A stretch of 63,193 bases of DNA, counting the filler, from Octopus bimaculoides (lineage: Eukaryota): NCBI RefSeq assembly GCF_001194135.2. It is 8 parts of 8 records of this genome, joined end to end, with 100 filler letters (N's around TTAATTAATTAA, not from the genome) between each part and the next. Parts side by side here need not be neighbours in the genome. Positions count along the whole stretch, not along the records: positions 61,328 to 63,193 come from NW_026416469.1; 7 more parts are not named here. The stretch is one strand, 5' to 3'. The notes beneath the pieces are model-generated. The model searched no databases. It was not told the origin of the DNA and worked only from the letters and a program-made list of their open reading frames with translations. A program made the position numbers and the translations under genes. Shown here piece after piece: positions 61,454-63,193 of this stretch. Numbering within the stretch: position 1 is the first letter of the stretch; every line of letters starts with the position of its first letter.

Positions 61454-63193
61454 CTTTTATATTTAACCTTTTATTTTTTACTTGTTTTAATCATTAGATT
61501 GCAGTCATATTGGGGCGCGCGTATATGCATAGATATGTAAATTTACAAATGTGTGCATGTGTGTGCTTGTGTTTGTGTGTGTATAAATAACAGTAAAAGT
61601 ATAAAAGAATATACATACATATATACATGCAAATGTATATATATATTTATATATATATATATATATGTATGTATATATATATATATACATATATATAAAC
61701 ATTTATATGTGTATATGTATATATATAGATATAAACATTTATATACGTTTATATGTATATATATATAGATATAAGCACTTATATATATATATATATATAT
61801 ATNNNNNNNNNNNNNNNNNNNNNNNNNNNNNNNNNNNNNNNNNNNNNNNNNNNNNNNNNNNNNNNNNNNNNNNNNNNNNNNNNNNNNNNNNNNNNNNNNN
61901 NNNNNNNNNNNNNNNNNNNNNNNNNNNNNNNNNNNNNNNNNNNNNNNNNNNNNNNNNNNNNNNNNNNNNNNNNNNNNNNNNNNNNNNNNNNNNNNNNNNN
62001 NNNNNNNNNNNNNNNNNNNNNNNNNNNNNNNNNNNNNNNNNNNNNNNNNNNNNNNNNNNNNNNNNNNNNNNNNNNNNNNNNNNNNNNNNNNNNNNNNNNN
62101 NNNNNNNNNNNNNNNNNNNNNNNNNNNNNNNNNNNNNNNNNNNNNNNNNNNNNNNNNNNNNNNNNNNNNNNNNNNNNNNNNNNNNNNNNNNNNNNNNNNN
62201 NNNNNNNNNNNNNNNNNNNNNNNNNNNNNNNNNNNNNNNNNNNNNNNNNNNNNNNNNNNNNNNNNNNNNNNNNNNNNNNNNNNNNNNNNNNNNNNNNNNN
62301 NNNNNNNNNNNNNNNNNNNNNNNNNNNNNNNNNNNNNNNNNNNNNNNNNNNNNNNNNNNNNNNNNNNNNNNNNNNNNNNNNNNNNNNNNNNNNNNNNNNN
62401 NNNNNNNNNNNNNNNNNNNNNNNNNNNNNNNNNNNNNNNNNNNNNNNNNNNNNNNNNNNNNNNNNNNNNNNNNNNNNNNNNNNNNNNNNNNNNNNNNNNN
62501 NNNNNNNNNNNNNNNNNNNNNNNNNNNNNNNNNNNNNNNNNNNNNNNNNNNNNNNNNNNNNNNNATGTATATATATAGATTTGTGTATTTTTCGCTTGTT
62601 TACAATTAACACGGAAAAAATAGACAATATAGCTAACTCCATATATACATATATATATATATATATGTGTGTGTGTATATATATGCAAACACACACACAC
62701 ACATTTGTTGTGACAGAAGCTTACGTGACAAAATATCATGACGTTGCCCTCCCACCTCTCTCCCTCTCCTACCTGCCACCCCTCACATGTTAGAAGGAAA
62801 GGAATGAGTCAAGCGCCCGGCATGCTGTCACTGAATTTTTCTACTCAGTCTGTCGGGTCACGCAGGACATACGAGAGGTCAAAGTGCAACTTGAACGAAA
62901 CAGCTTATTGGTTGGTAAATAACGTCTAGAACACCTGTCTGGTCTTCTAGCGTGGCAAAATGATAAATATATACTCTCAGACTTACATATGCACGTGAGT
63001 ACGCGTGCGCACACGCACACATAGAAACACACTCATTACTCTGTGTGTATAATGAATGTATGATACATATTATACACACACTCATGTATATTTATATATG
63101 TATATATATATAAATGCATATGTGCATATGTATACGTGTATGCCTATATATATATATGTTGTTGTACTTGGGGATGGTCATATTGCCAGTTTA

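Overview
A 63-kb, AT-rich, gap-riddled eukaryotic window packed with microsatellites and decayed mobile elements. The repeat repertoire and the TTAATTAATTAA spacers inside N-gaps suggest an octopus (coleoid cephalopod) draft assembly; this is inference, not a database match. No complete host gene is visible, and most listed ORFs are microsatellite or N-gap artefacts. Recognisable content: a Tc1 (DD34E) transposon with IR/DR-type long TIRs; three Penelope-like retroelement copies (one near full length, one internally deleted and tail-to-tail with it, one RT remnant); RTE- and CR1/Jockey-type LINE fragments; several tRNA-head SINE families, one forming a 217-bp tandem multimer; piggyBac-like TTAA MITEs; a ~3.5-kb 78-bp tandem array; and a 35-bp minisatellite carrying POU octamers. 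The most interesting signal is five hammerhead-ribozyme-like motifs. One has an intact catalytic core (33460-33508, minus). Three are minimal Penelope-type motifs with non-canonical cores. One type I hammerhead sits exactly in the loop of a ~340-bp foldback element (53986-54324), giving a rod-like RNA capped by a ribozyme. All coordinates and alignments were read by eye, so boundaries of degraded elements are approximate.
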